Shown one piece after another: positions 45,103-54,380 of a DNA stretch of 64,000 nucleotides. Below the pieces are notes generated by a model. That model saw only the letters and a program-made list of their open reading frames with translations. It made no database searches and had not been told where the DNA came from. The translations under genes and the position numbers were made by a program. Origin of the DNA: Alphaproteobacteria bacterium (GTDB taxonomy: Bacteria; Pseudomonadota; Alphaproteobacteria; RF32; CAG-239); the NCBI GenBank assembly GCA_017471705.1, contig JAFUSH010000023.1, positions 2,649 to 66,648 of the forward strand, in the 5' to 3' direction. Numbering within the stretch: the first letter of the stretch is position 1; each line of letters begins with the position of its first letter.

Positions 45103-45558
45103 ATGAACAAGAATTTATTATACATTATCCCGATGTTGGCAGTATTAGCAGGTTGCGCACCTCGTATCGGCAGCAATGATTACAGCTATTCCGGCGTCAG
45201 ACAAGCCAGTAATGCTTTTCCTTGCACTGTTCTGTCAGTTCGCGCGGTTAATGTCAGCAGTGATGATAATTCTGCCGGAACTATCCTCGGCGGTGTTGCC
45301 GGCGGTGTTGCCGGTTCAACCATCGGTCACGGACGCAGTGCCAACACATTAGGCGCCATCGGCGGAGCGGCTGCCGGTATGCTTGCCGGTAACCTGATTC
45401 AAGATAATATGATGAAACAGGGCGGATATGAGTATATTGTTCGTACCGACAGCGGACAAACATACAGCGTAACACAGGGAACCGATACTCTGCTTGCCGC
45501 CGGTCAAAGATGTATGCTTATCAACGGAGCAGAATCAAGAGTAATTCCTTACTATTGA
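45103..45558 (+). CDS. glycine-zipper outer-membrane lipoprotein (17-kDa antigen / SlyB-like)
   Basis: Lipobox LAGC after AGGAG-ATG at 45103; GGVAGGVAGSTIGHG...GAIGGAAAGMLAG glycine zipper. Confidence 0.75.
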   Translation: MNKNLLYIIPMLAVLAGCAPRIGSNDYSYSGVRQASNAFPCTVLSVRAVNVSSDDNSAGTILGGVAGGVAGSTIGHGRSANTLGAIGGAAAGMLAGNLIQDNMMKQGGYEYIVRTDSGQTYSVTQGTDTLLAAGQRCMLINGAESRVIPYY

Positions 45559-45633
45559 TATTGATGTAAAATCAAACTTTTTTGCCGTCGAGTTTTTGCT
45601 CGGCGGTTTTTTATTAAAAAAGCAAAAATAATG

Positions 45634-45661
45634 CTTGCCAAAATAAAAAAAAAGCTATACA
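45634..45661 (+). promoter_or_regulatory. putative tRNA-Ser promoter (CTTGCC-N16-TATACA)
   Basis: Hexamers read directly; the -10 hexamer ends 12 nt before the tRNA 5' end. Confidence 0.45.
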
Positions 45662-45673
45662 TAACGGGGTAAT

Positions 45674-45764
45674 GGATAGATGGCCGAGTGGTCGAAGGCG
45701 CACGATTGGAAATCGTGTGTACCTCCAAAGGGTACCGTGAGTTCGAATCTCACTCTATCCGCCA
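45674..45764 (+). tRNA. tRNA-Ser (anticodon GGA), CCA encoded
   Basis: Hand-folded: acceptor GGATAGA/TCTATCC, anticodon arm CACGA-TTGGAAA-TCGTG, long variable arm, and T-arm GTGAG-TTCGAAT-CTCAC. Confidence 0.9.
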
Positions 45765-46081
45765 TTAAAAACAAAACAGCACCCTTGCGGTGCTTTTTTG
45801 TTTTTAAACGTGATGAGTGGGAGAAGAACTCACGGAGAAGTGAGTTCGACTACAAGCGAAAGGCAGACTTCTGGATGCCGGTCGGCAAAGCCGATGAGCG
45901 CAGTGGAACGAGCATTGCACAAGCAATGTCGAGGACAATCTCACTCTATCCGCCATTAAAAACAAAACAGCACCCTTGCGGTGCTTTTTTGTTTTTAAAC
46001 GTGATAAGTGGGAGAAGAACTCACGGAGAAGTGAGCTCGACTACAAGCGAAAGGCAGACTTCTGGATGCCGGTCGGCAAAG
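45746..46081 (+). repeat. tandem direct repeat: two 145-bp copies (2 mismatches) separated by 46 bp, each starting with the last 19 nt of tRNA-Ser
   Basis: Copy 1 is 45746..45890 and copy 2 is 45937..46081. Both contain aatctcactctatccgcca plus the terminator hairpin. Confidence 0.9.
45778..45805 (+). terminator. terminator after tRNA-Ser (repeated at about 45969)
   Basis: AGCACCcttgcGGTGCT followed by TTTTTGTTTTT. Confidence 0.7.
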
Positions 46082-46122
46082 ACATCTGTTTATTCGAAGA
46101 TATAACACTTTATTTGTACTTA

Positions 46123-47256
46123 TTATCTGTAACGTGACCGACGTTGCGGCGTTGTTCGGCGTTGCGGCTGGCGTCTGGCTCTTGTCTGAGTTTTATTTAC
46201 TTTATTGTCGTGTACTTTTTTATACTCCAACGTATCGGCAAAATTTCTGCCGGATTTACAGTTGTTAATACTGTCACAAATTATTTCCAATTTACTTTGT
46301 GAAAAATCTAAATTATATAAATCAGAAGCTTTAAAGGCACCGTAATGAGCTCCAATATGCGCTTCATCCAAATTAATGGACGTCGGTCCCTCTCCGTTAA
46401 GTTGGATTTCTCCGGTAAATACTTTTATTCTGAAAGCAACACGTTTTTGCAATGCCGGAATAATCCCTTTCTTTTTAGTAGATATAAATTGTCTTGATTT
46501 CATAATATCCGTGACCGCTTTTAAGTTTTCCGGAGTTCTGTTTTCCGCGTACGCATTTAAAGCATTTGCAAATTCCGAAGGCTTAACCGGTTGTTGCTTT
46601 TTTGTTTTCGGATTTCTGGCAGGTGTGTGTAGCTTACCGCTTCCGGCATTCCAGAATAAATCCAATAATGCTAACTTTTCCTGACGATTGAATTTATCCC
46701 AATTGGGCAGATATTTCACAATATTCGGAGCAACTCTGTCAGAAAAAAATGAACGGAAATAATACATTAATTGCTCTTCATTTTCTATTTTATCGCCTTT
46801 TCTCACAGGAGTTCCGTCAGGATGGGTAATATTACCGAAACCGATAGTCCATTTACCGGCTGCCCTGTCATAATATGCGTTCATTTCAATACTTTCGGAC
46901 ATAGCAATCAAACGAACAGCTTCATATTCCAAATCTTGTACAGATTTACAAACTTTATCTATGGCTACGCTGTCTCTGACGTCCGGAACATCATTAATGC
47001 TATCCAAATCATTTGCATCGTCATCATTATCAGGTCTTGCTATTCCTCTGTCGTCAATCTCATTCGGTTTACGACGAACATCTCTCGGTTTAAGCTGATA
47101 TGTGCGTGAATCACTTTGTACACTATCACCATTTTGATCAACAACAATACTTGAATCAGCTTTAACTTTATCGTCCAATGTTGTTCTGCTCTTACCTTTG
47201 CACCAAGCAGCACATACCAGCACCGTTGCTATTAAACATTTATATCCGAAATCCAT
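46123..47256 (-). CDS. membrane-anchored GH24 (phage-type) lysozyme-like protein with an Arg-rich C-terminal tail
   Basis: 377 aa; ESIEMNAYYDRAAGKWTIGFGN fits the E-x8-D-x(5-6)-T lysozyme pattern. Hydrophobic N-terminus; tail RARRQPQRRTTPQRRSRYR. Confidence 0.6.
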   Translation of the reverse strand: MDFGYKCLIATVLVCAAWCKGKSRTTLDDKVKADSSIVVDQNGDSVQSDSRTYQLKPRDVRRKPNEIDDRGIARPDNDDDANDLDSINDVPDVRDSVAIDKVCKSVQDLEYEAVRLIAMSESIEMNAYYDRAAGKWTIGFGNITHPDGTPVRKGDKIENEEQLMYYFRSFFSDRVAPNIVKYLPNWDKFNRQEKLALLDLFWNAGSGKLHTPARNPKTKKQQPVKPSEFANALNAYAENRTPENLKAVTDIMKSRQFISTKKKGIIPALQKRVAFRIKVFTGEIQLNGEGPTSINLDEAHIGAHYGAFKASDLYNLDFSQSKLEIICDSINNCKSGRNFADTLEYKKVHDNKVNKTQTRARRQPQRRTTPQRRSRYR

Positions 47257-47311
47257 ACCAGTTCTCCATATTTTTGTCTATAATACTATAAAAAAAATAC
47301 AATTGCAATAT

Positions 47312-47341
47312 AAAAAATCGACTGTAGTAATTACAGCCGAT
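47312..47341 (-). terminator. terminator after the OmpA-family gene
   Basis: Minus strand reads tcggctgta-attac-tacagtcga followed by tttttt. Confidence 0.6.
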
Positions 47342-47366
47342 TGACAATCCGTATTAAAAATTTTTT

Positions 47367-48005
47367 TTAATTTTGATTGATAAGGAATATCTCAACTCTT
47401 CTGTTTTGCGCTTTTCCTTCTTCGGTTGCATTCGATGCAATAGGCTGAGAAGCTCCAACTCCATAAGCTTGCATACGAGCCATATTAACACCGCGCAAAG
47501 AAAGATAATTCATAACCGAAACCGCACGGCGCTGCGAAAGCGGAATATTGATTTTATCATTGCCCGTACTGTCGGTATGACCCACAATCTGCAATCTGGT
47601 CTTGTCATATTCGTTAGCTATAATTGCCACCGAATCCAATACCTGATTGGCTGTGGTTTTCATAGTATCATCATTTGTATTGAAAGTAATGCTGTTAGGC
47701 ATAATCAGGCGAATATTATCACCATCGCGCATAACCTGAACTCCGGTACCGCGCAATTTTTCTCCCAATTTGGAAGCTTGAACATCCATATAACCTCCGG
47801 TAGCGGCACCTGCGGCACCGCCGATACCTGCTCCGATTAAAGCTCCTTTTTCACCGCCGATTAAAGCGCCGACACCGGCTCCCACCGCGGCACCGATACC
47901 GGTTCCCCAAGCAGTTTTGGCAACTTTGCTTTCTCCGTTGTACGGGTCAGTCGCGCAAGCGCTGAAAAAGCATACCGCAACTAAGCCTAAAATTATTTTT
48001 TTCAT
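47367..48005 (-). CDS. OmpA-family lipoprotein (glycine zipper plus OmpA C-terminal peptidoglycan-binding domain)
   Basis: Lipobox FFSAC; IVGHTDSTGNDKINIPLSQRRA and NRRVEI are OmpA_C motifs. Confidence 0.85.
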   Translation of the reverse strand: MKKIILGLVAVCFFSACATDPYNGESKVAKTAWGTGIGAAVGAGVGALIGGEKGALIGAGIGGAAGAATGGYMDVQASKLGEKLRGTGVQVMRDGDNIRLIMPNSITFNTNDDTMKTTANQVLDSVAIIANEYDKTRLQIVGHTDSTGNDKINIPLSQRRAVSVMNYLSLRGVNMARMQAYGVGASQPIASNATEEGKAQNRRVEIFLINQN

Positions 48006-48016
48006 ATCAAATCTCC

Positions 48017-50653
48017 TTAAAAATTAGCAATACGTGCCAAAGCTTCTTCAACTTTAGCCTTATTTTCCATAGCTTCTGCCTGACGGCGTTTTTCTTCTTC
48101 AACAACTTTCGCCGGAGCTTTGGCAACGAAGCTCTCATTACCTAGCTTACGCGCATAACCGTCAAGATTTTTATTCAACGTTTCGAGTTCTTTATTTAAG
48201 CGTTCACGTTCAGCGGCAAAATCAACCACTCCTTTAAGCGGAATCAAAATCGTTGCATCTCTGCTTACGGTCTGCACCATATCTTTGGTGATTTCCGTAT
48301 TTCCCAACGGCAACAAATTTTCCAAACGAGCCAAAGTGCAAATAAGCCTGTTCTGCTTATTCATAATCTGCAAATCGGCTTCTTTGGTTTTAACGTAAAC
48401 CGTCAATTTTGCACCTGCCGGCAAATTCATTGATGAGCGCAATGAACGAATGGCCGAAATCAAATCTATAGACCAATCTATATCATATTTATCGCTGTCA
48501 GCTATTGTTTCGCCAAGCGGCCATTGAGCCTTTATCAATTTTTGTGAACGCGTTGTCAGATTGTTCCATAATTCAGTGGTAACAAATGGCATAAACGGAT
48601 GAAGAATAGTTAAAATTCTATCAAGTACCCACGATGCAACCGCACGAGTTTCCTTAATATCATCAGCATTTTCTCCGTAAAACACCGGCTTAGTAAGCTC
48701 GATGTACCAATCACAGAAAGTTCCCCAGACAAACTGATAAACCGCATTGGCTGCCTCGGAAAAACGATAACTGTTTAAGCTGTCGGTAACATCCTTGGTT
48801 GCCTCTTTGGCTTTGGCTATAATCCATCTGTTGATTTTAAGTTTTGCCGAAGAAATATCAAAATCTTTCACTGAATAGCATTCGTTCATTTCACAAAAAC
48901 GAGCGGCATTCCACAACTTTGTCGCAAAATTACGATATCCCTGAATGCGTGAATCAGAAAGGTTAATATCACGTCCTTGTGTTTCCGATGAAGCCATAAA
49001 GAAGCGTAATGCATCGGCTCCGTATTTTTCAATTGTTTCCATAGGGTCAACCGTATTACCTTTGGACTTGCTCATTTTGCGGCCTTGCTCATCGCGAACC
49101 AAACCGTGAATATAGCATTTTTTGAACGGAACGCGTTTCATCATATACATACTCATCATCATCATTCTGGCCACCCAGAAGAAAATAATATCAAAGCCTG
49201 TAACCAAAACGCTGGTCGGATAAAATGTTTGCAGATATTCGGTATTTTCCGGCCAACCTAAAGTAGAAAATGCCCATAATCCCGAAGAAAACCAAGTATC
49301 CAAAACATCGGATTCGCGGCGTAACTCAACGTGTTTACCGTAGTGTTTATCAGCGGCTTCCTGAGCCTTTTCCGCAGTTTCTTCGCAGAAAATAGTCTCA
49401 TCAGGTCCATACCAAATCGGCATTTGATGTCCCCACCACAATTGACGCGAAATACACCACGGTTGAATATTATTCATCCACTCAAAATAGGTTTTTTCAT
49501 AAGTTGCCGGAACAAATTCCATTTCTTTATCGTGAACCGCGCGGCGAGCCTCAACTGCCAATTTAGGCGCATCGACAAACCACTGGTCAGTCATATACGG
49601 TTCAATAACCACACCGCTTCTCTCGCCATACGGAATAACCATCGGGTGATCTTCTATTTTTTCCATTAAACCGAGCTCGGTCAATTTTTCAATGGTTTTA
49701 ACACGTGCCTCTTGCGTTGACATACCTTCATAAGGGGTGTTTTCATTGAGCGTGGCATCCGGATTAAGAATATTAATCATCGGTAAATTATGACGTTTAC
49801 CCACTTCAAAGTCGTTAAAATCGTGTGCCGGTGTAATTTTAACCGCACCGGTTCCTTTTTCCGGATCGGCGTGAATATCGTCAATAATCGGAATCACGCG
49901 ATTTACAATCGGCAAAATACAATTTTTACCTATTAAATGTTTCAGTTTAGGATTATCCTTGGAAACTGCAACCGCAGTATCGCCGAACATTGTTTCCGGA
50001 CGCGTGGTAGCAATATGAATAAATTCATTCGGATTATCTTCCAGAGGATATTTGTAGTAGTACATTTTACCGACGGTTTCTTTTTGAATAACCTCCAAAT
50101 CGGAAACCGCCGTTTCCAAAGCCGGATCCCAGTTAACCAATTTTTTTGCCTTATAAATCAGACCGTCTTTATACATAGAAACAAATATTTTGCGAACAGC
50201 GTGCGACAATCCTTCATCCATTGTAAAGCGCTCGCGTGACCAATCACAGGATGCTCCCAAACGGCGAAGCTGTTTACAAATCGTTCCGCCCGAATATTTT
50301 TTCCATTCCCAAACGCGCTCCACAAATTTTTCGCGCCCCAAATCGTGACGGGTAATCCCTTCTTTGGCAAGGTTACGTTCAACCACCATTTGTGTTGCAA
50401 TACCTGCGTGATCAGTCCCCGGTTGCCACAAAACTTTCTTACCGAGCATACGATTATAACGGATAAGAATATCCTGCAAAGTATTATCGAGTGCGTGTCC
50501 CATATGCAAAACACCTGTAACGTTAGGCGGCGGAATAACTATCGAAAATGCTTCTTTATCGGAGCGCATATCCGGTATAAAATCACCGTCATTTTCCCAT
50601 TTTGCATAAATTTTTTCTTCCATTTCTTTTGGATTGTAATTTTTCTCTAACAT
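48017..50653 (-). CDS. valS: valine--tRNA ligase
   Basis: 878 aa; PNVTGVLHMGHAL (HIGH) and KMSKSKGN (KMSKS). Confidence 0.96.
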   Translation of the reverse strand: MLEKNYNPKEMEEKIYAKWENDGDFIPDMRSDKEAFSIVIPPPNVTGVLHMGHALDNTLQDILIRYNRMLGKKVLWQPGTDHAGIATQMVVERNLAKEGITRHDLGREKFVERVWEWKKYSGGTICKQLRRLGASCDWSRERFTMDEGLSHAVRKIFVSMYKDGLIYKAKKLVNWDPALETAVSDLEVIQKETVGKMYYYKYPLEDNPNEFIHIATTRPETMFGDTAVAVSKDNPKLKHLIGKNCILPIVNRVIPIIDDIHADPEKGTGAVKITPAHDFNDFEVGKRHNLPMINILNPDATLNENTPYEGMSTQEARVKTIEKLTELGLMEKIEDHPMVIPYGERSGVVIEPYMTDQWFVDAPKLAVEARRAVHDKEMEFVPATYEKTYFEWMNNIQPWCISRQLWWGHQMPIWYGPDETIFCEETAEKAQEAADKHYGKHVELRRESDVLDTWFSSGLWAFSTLGWPENTEYLQTFYPTSVLVTGFDIIFFWVARMMMMSMYMMKRVPFKKCYIHGLVRDEQGRKMSKSKGNTVDPMETIEKYGADALRFFMASSETQGRDINLSDSRIQGYRNFATKLWNAARFCEMNECYSVKDFDISSAKLKINRWIIAKAKEATKDVTDSLNSYRFSEAANAVYQFVWGTFCDWYIELTKPVFYGENADDIKETRAVASWVLDRILTILHPFMPFVTTELWNNLTTRSQKLIKAQWPLGETIADSDKYDIDWSIDLISAIRSLRSSMNLPAGAKLTVYVKTKEADLQIMNKQNRLICTLARLENLLPLGNTEITKDMVQTVSRDATILIPLKGVVDFAAERERLNKELETLNKNLDGYARKLGNESFVAKAPAKVVEEEKRRQAEAMENKAKVEEALARIANF

Positions 50654-50723
50654 TTCTATTTTTCCATTTTTATCAAATTGTTGCGTATAAAAGACCTTAT
50701 TTAAAATCGAGGAAGAAACCTTT

Positions 50724-51020
50724 TCAGGCTTTATTTTCTTCCTTTACCCGCACTCGAACAACGTCCAAAAAACGGCGGTTAAAATAATTTCTGTACTTTT
50801 TCATCATTTTTTTCGCAACATCATCAAAATTCCATACTCCCAATTGGTATGGAATATCCTCGCGTTTGACCAGCATATTTTTAGAAAGTAAAAATATTTC
50901 GTCCTTTTTACCGTATGGATACGACGAAAATTCGGAATAAGGATTTTTGTCCTTATCCACAATAGATGAACGAATGGATTTTATAATGTCGTCTATTGAT
51001 TCTTCTTTACTTTCTTCCAT
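50724..51020 (-). CDS. small DUF2497/PopZ-N-terminus-like protein (98 aa)
   Basis: SIDDIIKSIRSSIVDKD resembles the MEEILASIRRIISED motif. The position upstream of valS recalls alphaproteobacterial synteny. Confidence 0.45.
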   Translation of the reverse strand: MEESKEESIDDIIKSIRSSIVDKDKNPYSEFSSYPYGKKDEIFLLSKNMLVKREDIPYQLGVWNFDDVAKKMMKKYRNYFNRRFLDVVRVRVKEENKA

Positions 51021-51137
51021 AAGTTATGCCTCTTATAAAAACTCACGGAAAGTATAGTAACAAAACTTATTTTATTTGGCAATAGCTTTCCCAAATAAAA
51101 AAACAGAAAAATCAGTATTTTTTTATTAATTCGGTTC

Positions 51138-52091
51138 CTAAAACATTCCGCGCTTGCGAAAATATATGATAACCAACAATGTGGCGACCATTGAAATGGA
51201 AATTACAATCCAGAAACCGTAAGCCGACGCCGCCACCGGAACTCCTACATTCATTCCCCAAAAACTTGCCAGCATCGTCGGAATGGAAAGCACAATCGTT
51301 ATCGCCGCCAAAAATTTCATAATTTGGTTGACGTTGTTATTGATAATAGAAGCAAAACCGTCCATCATACCTTCCAAAATGGTACGGTGCATATCAACCA
51401 TTTCAATAGCCTGTTTATTTTCCACAATCACATCTTCCAGTAAATCGGTATCATCCTCTGTAAAAGCCAAAATACTTGATGTTGCCGGAGACTTTGTCAT
51501 TCTTAATATTTTTTCCAATACCAACTGATTATCACGCAAAGCCGTGGTAAAATAGACTAATGACTTCTGAATTTCTATCAATTGAAACAACTCCTGATTA
51601 TTTGTCGTCTGTTTCAAAGCATCTTCAATATGCTCGGTTTTGCGGTTAATAATCGCCAAATAGCGCAAATAAAACTGTGTAATTTTATATAAAATCGAAA
51701 GCATAAATTTCGTGCGCTCGCGAGTATCAAATGTTTTAGCGGTATTTTTGTTAAATGAACTTAAAATGCGATTATCTTTTGAGCAAATGGTCAGAAAATT
51801 ACGTACCGTAAAAACCAAGCCGCAAGGCAATGTATCAAAATTACCCTCTTCGTCCAACAACGGCAAGTTTACGATTACCGAGAATATTCCTTCATCAAGC
51901 TCAACACGGGAACGTTCATCAGCATCCAGAGAATTACGCAAAATATCGGCATCAACTTTAGATACCGAAGAAACCTGCTCAATCTCCTTTGCCGAGGGAT
52001 TGACCAAACTTATCCACGCCTGATTTGCTGATTTAAAAGTTTTGAGCTTAACTAATTTACCGCCGTTTTCTGTTTTGTAAATTCTAAGCAT
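51138..52091 (-). CDS. corA: magnesium/cobalt transporter CorA
   Basis: 317 aa; FWGMNVGVP (GMN motif) between two C-terminal TM helices. Confidence 0.9.
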   Translation of the reverse strand: MLRIYKTENGGKLVKLKTFKSANQAWISLVNPSAKEIEQVSSVSKVDADILRNSLDADERSRVELDEGIFSVIVNLPLLDEEGNFDTLPCGLVFTVRNFLTICSKDNRILSSFNKNTAKTFDTRERTKFMLSILYKITQFYLRYLAIINRKTEHIEDALKQTTNNQELFQLIEIQKSLVYFTTALRDNQLVLEKILRMTKSPATSSILAFTEDDTDLLEDVIVENKQAIEMVDMHRTILEGMMDGFASIINNNVNQIMKFLAAITIVLSIPTMLASFWGMNVGVPVAASAYGFWIVISISMVATLLVIIYFRKRGMF

Positions 52092-52136
52092 ATTAAGCTC
52101 TCCTTTGAGTTTGATGATTCAAAGTAAGTTTTGAAA

Positions 52137-52222
52137 TGGTGCGGCCAAGAAGACTTGAACTTCCATGAGCTTAGCTCATAACGACCTCAACGTTACGCGT
52201 CTACCAATTTCGCCATGGCCGC
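52137..52222 (-). tRNA. tRNA-Leu (anticodon GAG), CCA encoded
   Basis: Reverse complement hand-folded: acceptor GCGGCCA/TGGCCGC, anticodon arm TAACG-TTGAGGT-CGTTA, long variable arm, and T-arm GGAAG-TTCAAGT-CTTCT. Confidence 0.88.
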
Positions 52223-52397
52223 TCTTTTCAAAACAAGTTATAACTATTATAATATTTTCAGTAAATCAAGTTTTTTTTGCATAAAAATAATTTTTTTTAC
52301 AAATTTTGCATTTTCTCTTGACAAAATAAACATAAAACAATAGCATTTAGGTCGTTAGCGAGATTATGAAGATTTATTAATTTTAACCTTCAAAACA

Positions 52398-53066
52398 ATG
52401 AAAAGAGTATTATTTTTAGGAATGGTTGTTGCGATAGCAATGGCATTCACATCGTGTGACAAGAAGGCTGAGGTTAAGAAACTCGGCGAGTATGAACTGA
52501 TAGAGAAAGGGGACAAGCTGGGGCTTAAGCTGAACGGATATACCGTGTTGGACCCCGTCTATGACGAGATTACCGAGAACAGCGACTACTCCTGCGTTCT
52601 GGCCAAGAAGGACAAGGAAACGACTTTCGTCGTGGGCGAGCACAGCGTATTTACCGGAGAAGTGATCGGCATCACCTCCGCGGCAACTGCCGGTTACTAT
52701 GTGGTTGCAACGCCTAAAGGTCTTTATCTCTGGAAGAGCGGAACCGCGTATAGCATCGGGGCATTCAACTCCATTGCAATGAGCGGGGAAATCGTATTTT
52801 TCGAGTCTGATGAAGGCTGGGGAGCAACGTTTACCGACCATACTCCCATTGCTCCGCGCCGTTTTGAGAAGGTCTATGTAGTCAGAAACAAAGACACCCA
52901 CGCCGTGCTTGTATACACTAAGAAAAACGGCTGGGCTATGTATGACAAAGGCGGTGTTACCGACGGCGTACGATATGATACCCCGTCCAAAGTGCTTGAA
53001 AAACAGCTTAAAGGCTTTGACACCTCCAAACCTTACGGCGTGCTTGATGTCAATTGGAATCTTTAA
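52398..53066 (+). CDS. putative lipoprotein, possibly WG-repeat-like; higher-G+C islet
   Basis: MKRVLFLGMVVAIAMAFTSC|DKK lipobox-like signal; GWGA.. and NGWAMYD motifs. A long antisense ORF (52416..53231) reflects the compositional shift. Confidence 0.65.
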   Translation: MKRVLFLGMVVAIAMAFTSCDKKAEVKKLGEYELIEKGDKLGLKLNGYTVLDPVYDEITENSDYSCVLAKKDKETTFVVGEHSVFTGEVIGITSAATAGYYVVATPKGLYLWKSGTAYSIGAFNSIAMSGEIVFFESDEGWGATFTDHTPIAPRRFEKVYVVRNKDTHAVLVYTKKNGWAMYDKGGVTDGVRYDTPSKVLEKQLKGFDTSKPYGVLDVNWNL

Positions 53067-53078
53067 CGCTCTCGGCCT

Positions 53079-53225
53079 ATGAAGAAAGCCATCATTCCCG
53101 TGAAACATCCTTCTTATGAAAGGGAGGACTTTCTTGGTAAAAATCCGATGAGGAAAAAAAACAACAATGCGGAAGAACCTTGTCCTAAACGCAAACGCGA
53201 AAAGGATATGGGAGATAACCTTTAA
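53079..53225 (+). CDS. possible small basic ORF (48 aa) inside the islet
   Basis: Manual translation MKKAIIPVKHPSYEREDFLGKNPMRKKNNNAEEPCPKRKREKDMGDNL. It is followed by the hairpin agagactct-aaacggtaaagtt-agagtctct and a T-run. No SD is evident. Confidence 0.2.
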   Translation: MKKAIIPVKHPSYEREDFLGKNPMRKKNNNAEEPCPKRKREKDMGDNL

Positions 53226-53334
53226 CATCAATCATTAAAGAGAGACTCTAAACGGTAAAGTTAGAGTCTCTTTTTTTATGTGAACTGTTTTTTAACTTTG
53301 TGGTATTACTATATCAGTCATTATGGAGAGATAA

Positions 53335-54021
53335 ATGCTTGAATATGTATCATATCAAATCGGCAAACCTCTTAAACTGATTGTTTTTTTGCACGGATAC
53401 AATGGTACTGTTGCCGATCATCAGTATGCCGTCGACTGGATATGCCGAAAATTAAAAGACTCGGTGGTAATCGTTCCGCAAGCACCGCAAGTCAGTGACA
53501 AAAATCCGCAAAAAAAACAATGGTTCGGTATGCTCAAATATGATGCCGCAAATACACGTGCAAATCCCGAAACATCAGTTGAGGAAATTTTCTCGATATA
53601 TAATCAGGCTGCAAACGAGATTAAACATTGCGCGGATTCCGTAAACAAATTTATAGATGAAATGCAAAAAAAATTCAGTATCGCAAATGATAAAACCTAT
53701 CTCCTCGGATTTTCACAAGGAGCAATGTTGACAATATACACCGCTTTAAGCCGCCAAAATCCGCTGGCCGGTGCTTTTTCTCTTTCCGGATTGATAGCCG
53801 GAGCGGATTTACTTGATAAAGATATAAAGTCATATCCGCCGTTGTGGCTTCTTCACGGCGAAAACGATTTAAAAGTGCAATATAAGACCTTACCGCATAG
53901 CATCGAATGGCTGAAAAATCACCGTATTAATCCGCAAGTAATAACCTACGCCGATTTGGCTCATAAAATATGCGAGGCAGAAATTGAAGAAATCGCAAAA
54001 GTTGTAAATTTAAAATTTTAA
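53335..54021 (+). CDS. alpha/beta-hydrolase, phospholipase/carboxylesterase family
   Basis: 228 aa; LIVFLHGYNG and the nucleophile elbow GFSQGA. Confidence 0.8.
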   Translation: MLEYVSYQIGKPLKLIVFLHGYNGTVADHQYAVDWICRKLKDSVVIVPQAPQVSDKNPQKKQWFGMLKYDAANTRANPETSVEEIFSIYNQAANEIKHCADSVNKFIDEMQKKFSIANDKTYLLGFSQGAMLTIYTALSRQNPLAGAFSLSGLIAGADLLDKDIKSYPPLWLLHGENDLKVQYKTLPHSIEWLKNHRINPQVITYADLAHKICEAEIEEIAKVVNLKF

Positions 54022-54112
54022 GTTAAAAAATATTGACAATTCATTTTTTGGTTGTATTGTGTTTACGGCATTACTTAGATGCCGTATTCCGTTATTCAAT
54101 GAGGTAAATACT

Positions 54113-54316
54113 ATGAGCAGAAATACGAAATCAAAAAATAATGATATTCTTGCAAAAGGACTACCCTGCAATCAATGTATGAAATATATGTCGTATGACA
54201 TAAAACAATATAAAGATAAGCTAGAAATATTATATTATTTGCAACACATTTCCGATTCTAAAATTTTACAACAAATAATAAATTTGCTGAAAAATATTAC
54301 CAAGTCTAAAATATAA
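54113..54316 (+). CDS. hypothetical small protein (67 aa)
   Basis: ATG 54113 follows GAGG and a TTGACA-N16-TATTGT promoter-like pair; no motif recognised. Confidence 0.35.
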   Translation: MSRNTKSKNNDILAKGLPCNQCMKYMSYDIKQYKDKLEILYYLQHISDSKILQQIINLLKNITKSKI

Positions 54317-54323
54317 TTTTATA

Positions 54324-54362
54324 CAAAAAAAGGGGGGAACTAAATTACCCCCCTTTTTTTTT
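54324..54362. terminator. bidirectional terminator (G6/C6 hairpin)
   Basis: aaaaaaaGGGGGGaactaaattaCCCCCCttttttttt between convergent genes. Confidence 0.7.
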
Positions 54363-54380
54363 ATCTTTTTTTTCTTCAAA

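Noticed and set aside
45680-46105. 141-aa plus-strand ORF spanning tRNA-Ser and the downstream repeats
   Set aside because: It reads through a tRNA gene, two terminator hairpins and a tandem DNA repeat, so it is not a credible coding region.
52416-53231. 271-aa minus-strand ORF covering the second higher-G+C islet
   Set aside because: It is antisense to a 222-aa ORF with a clear lipoprotein signal. It has no start context and an Arg/His/Phe-rich, non-protein-like composition, so it is a compositional artefact.
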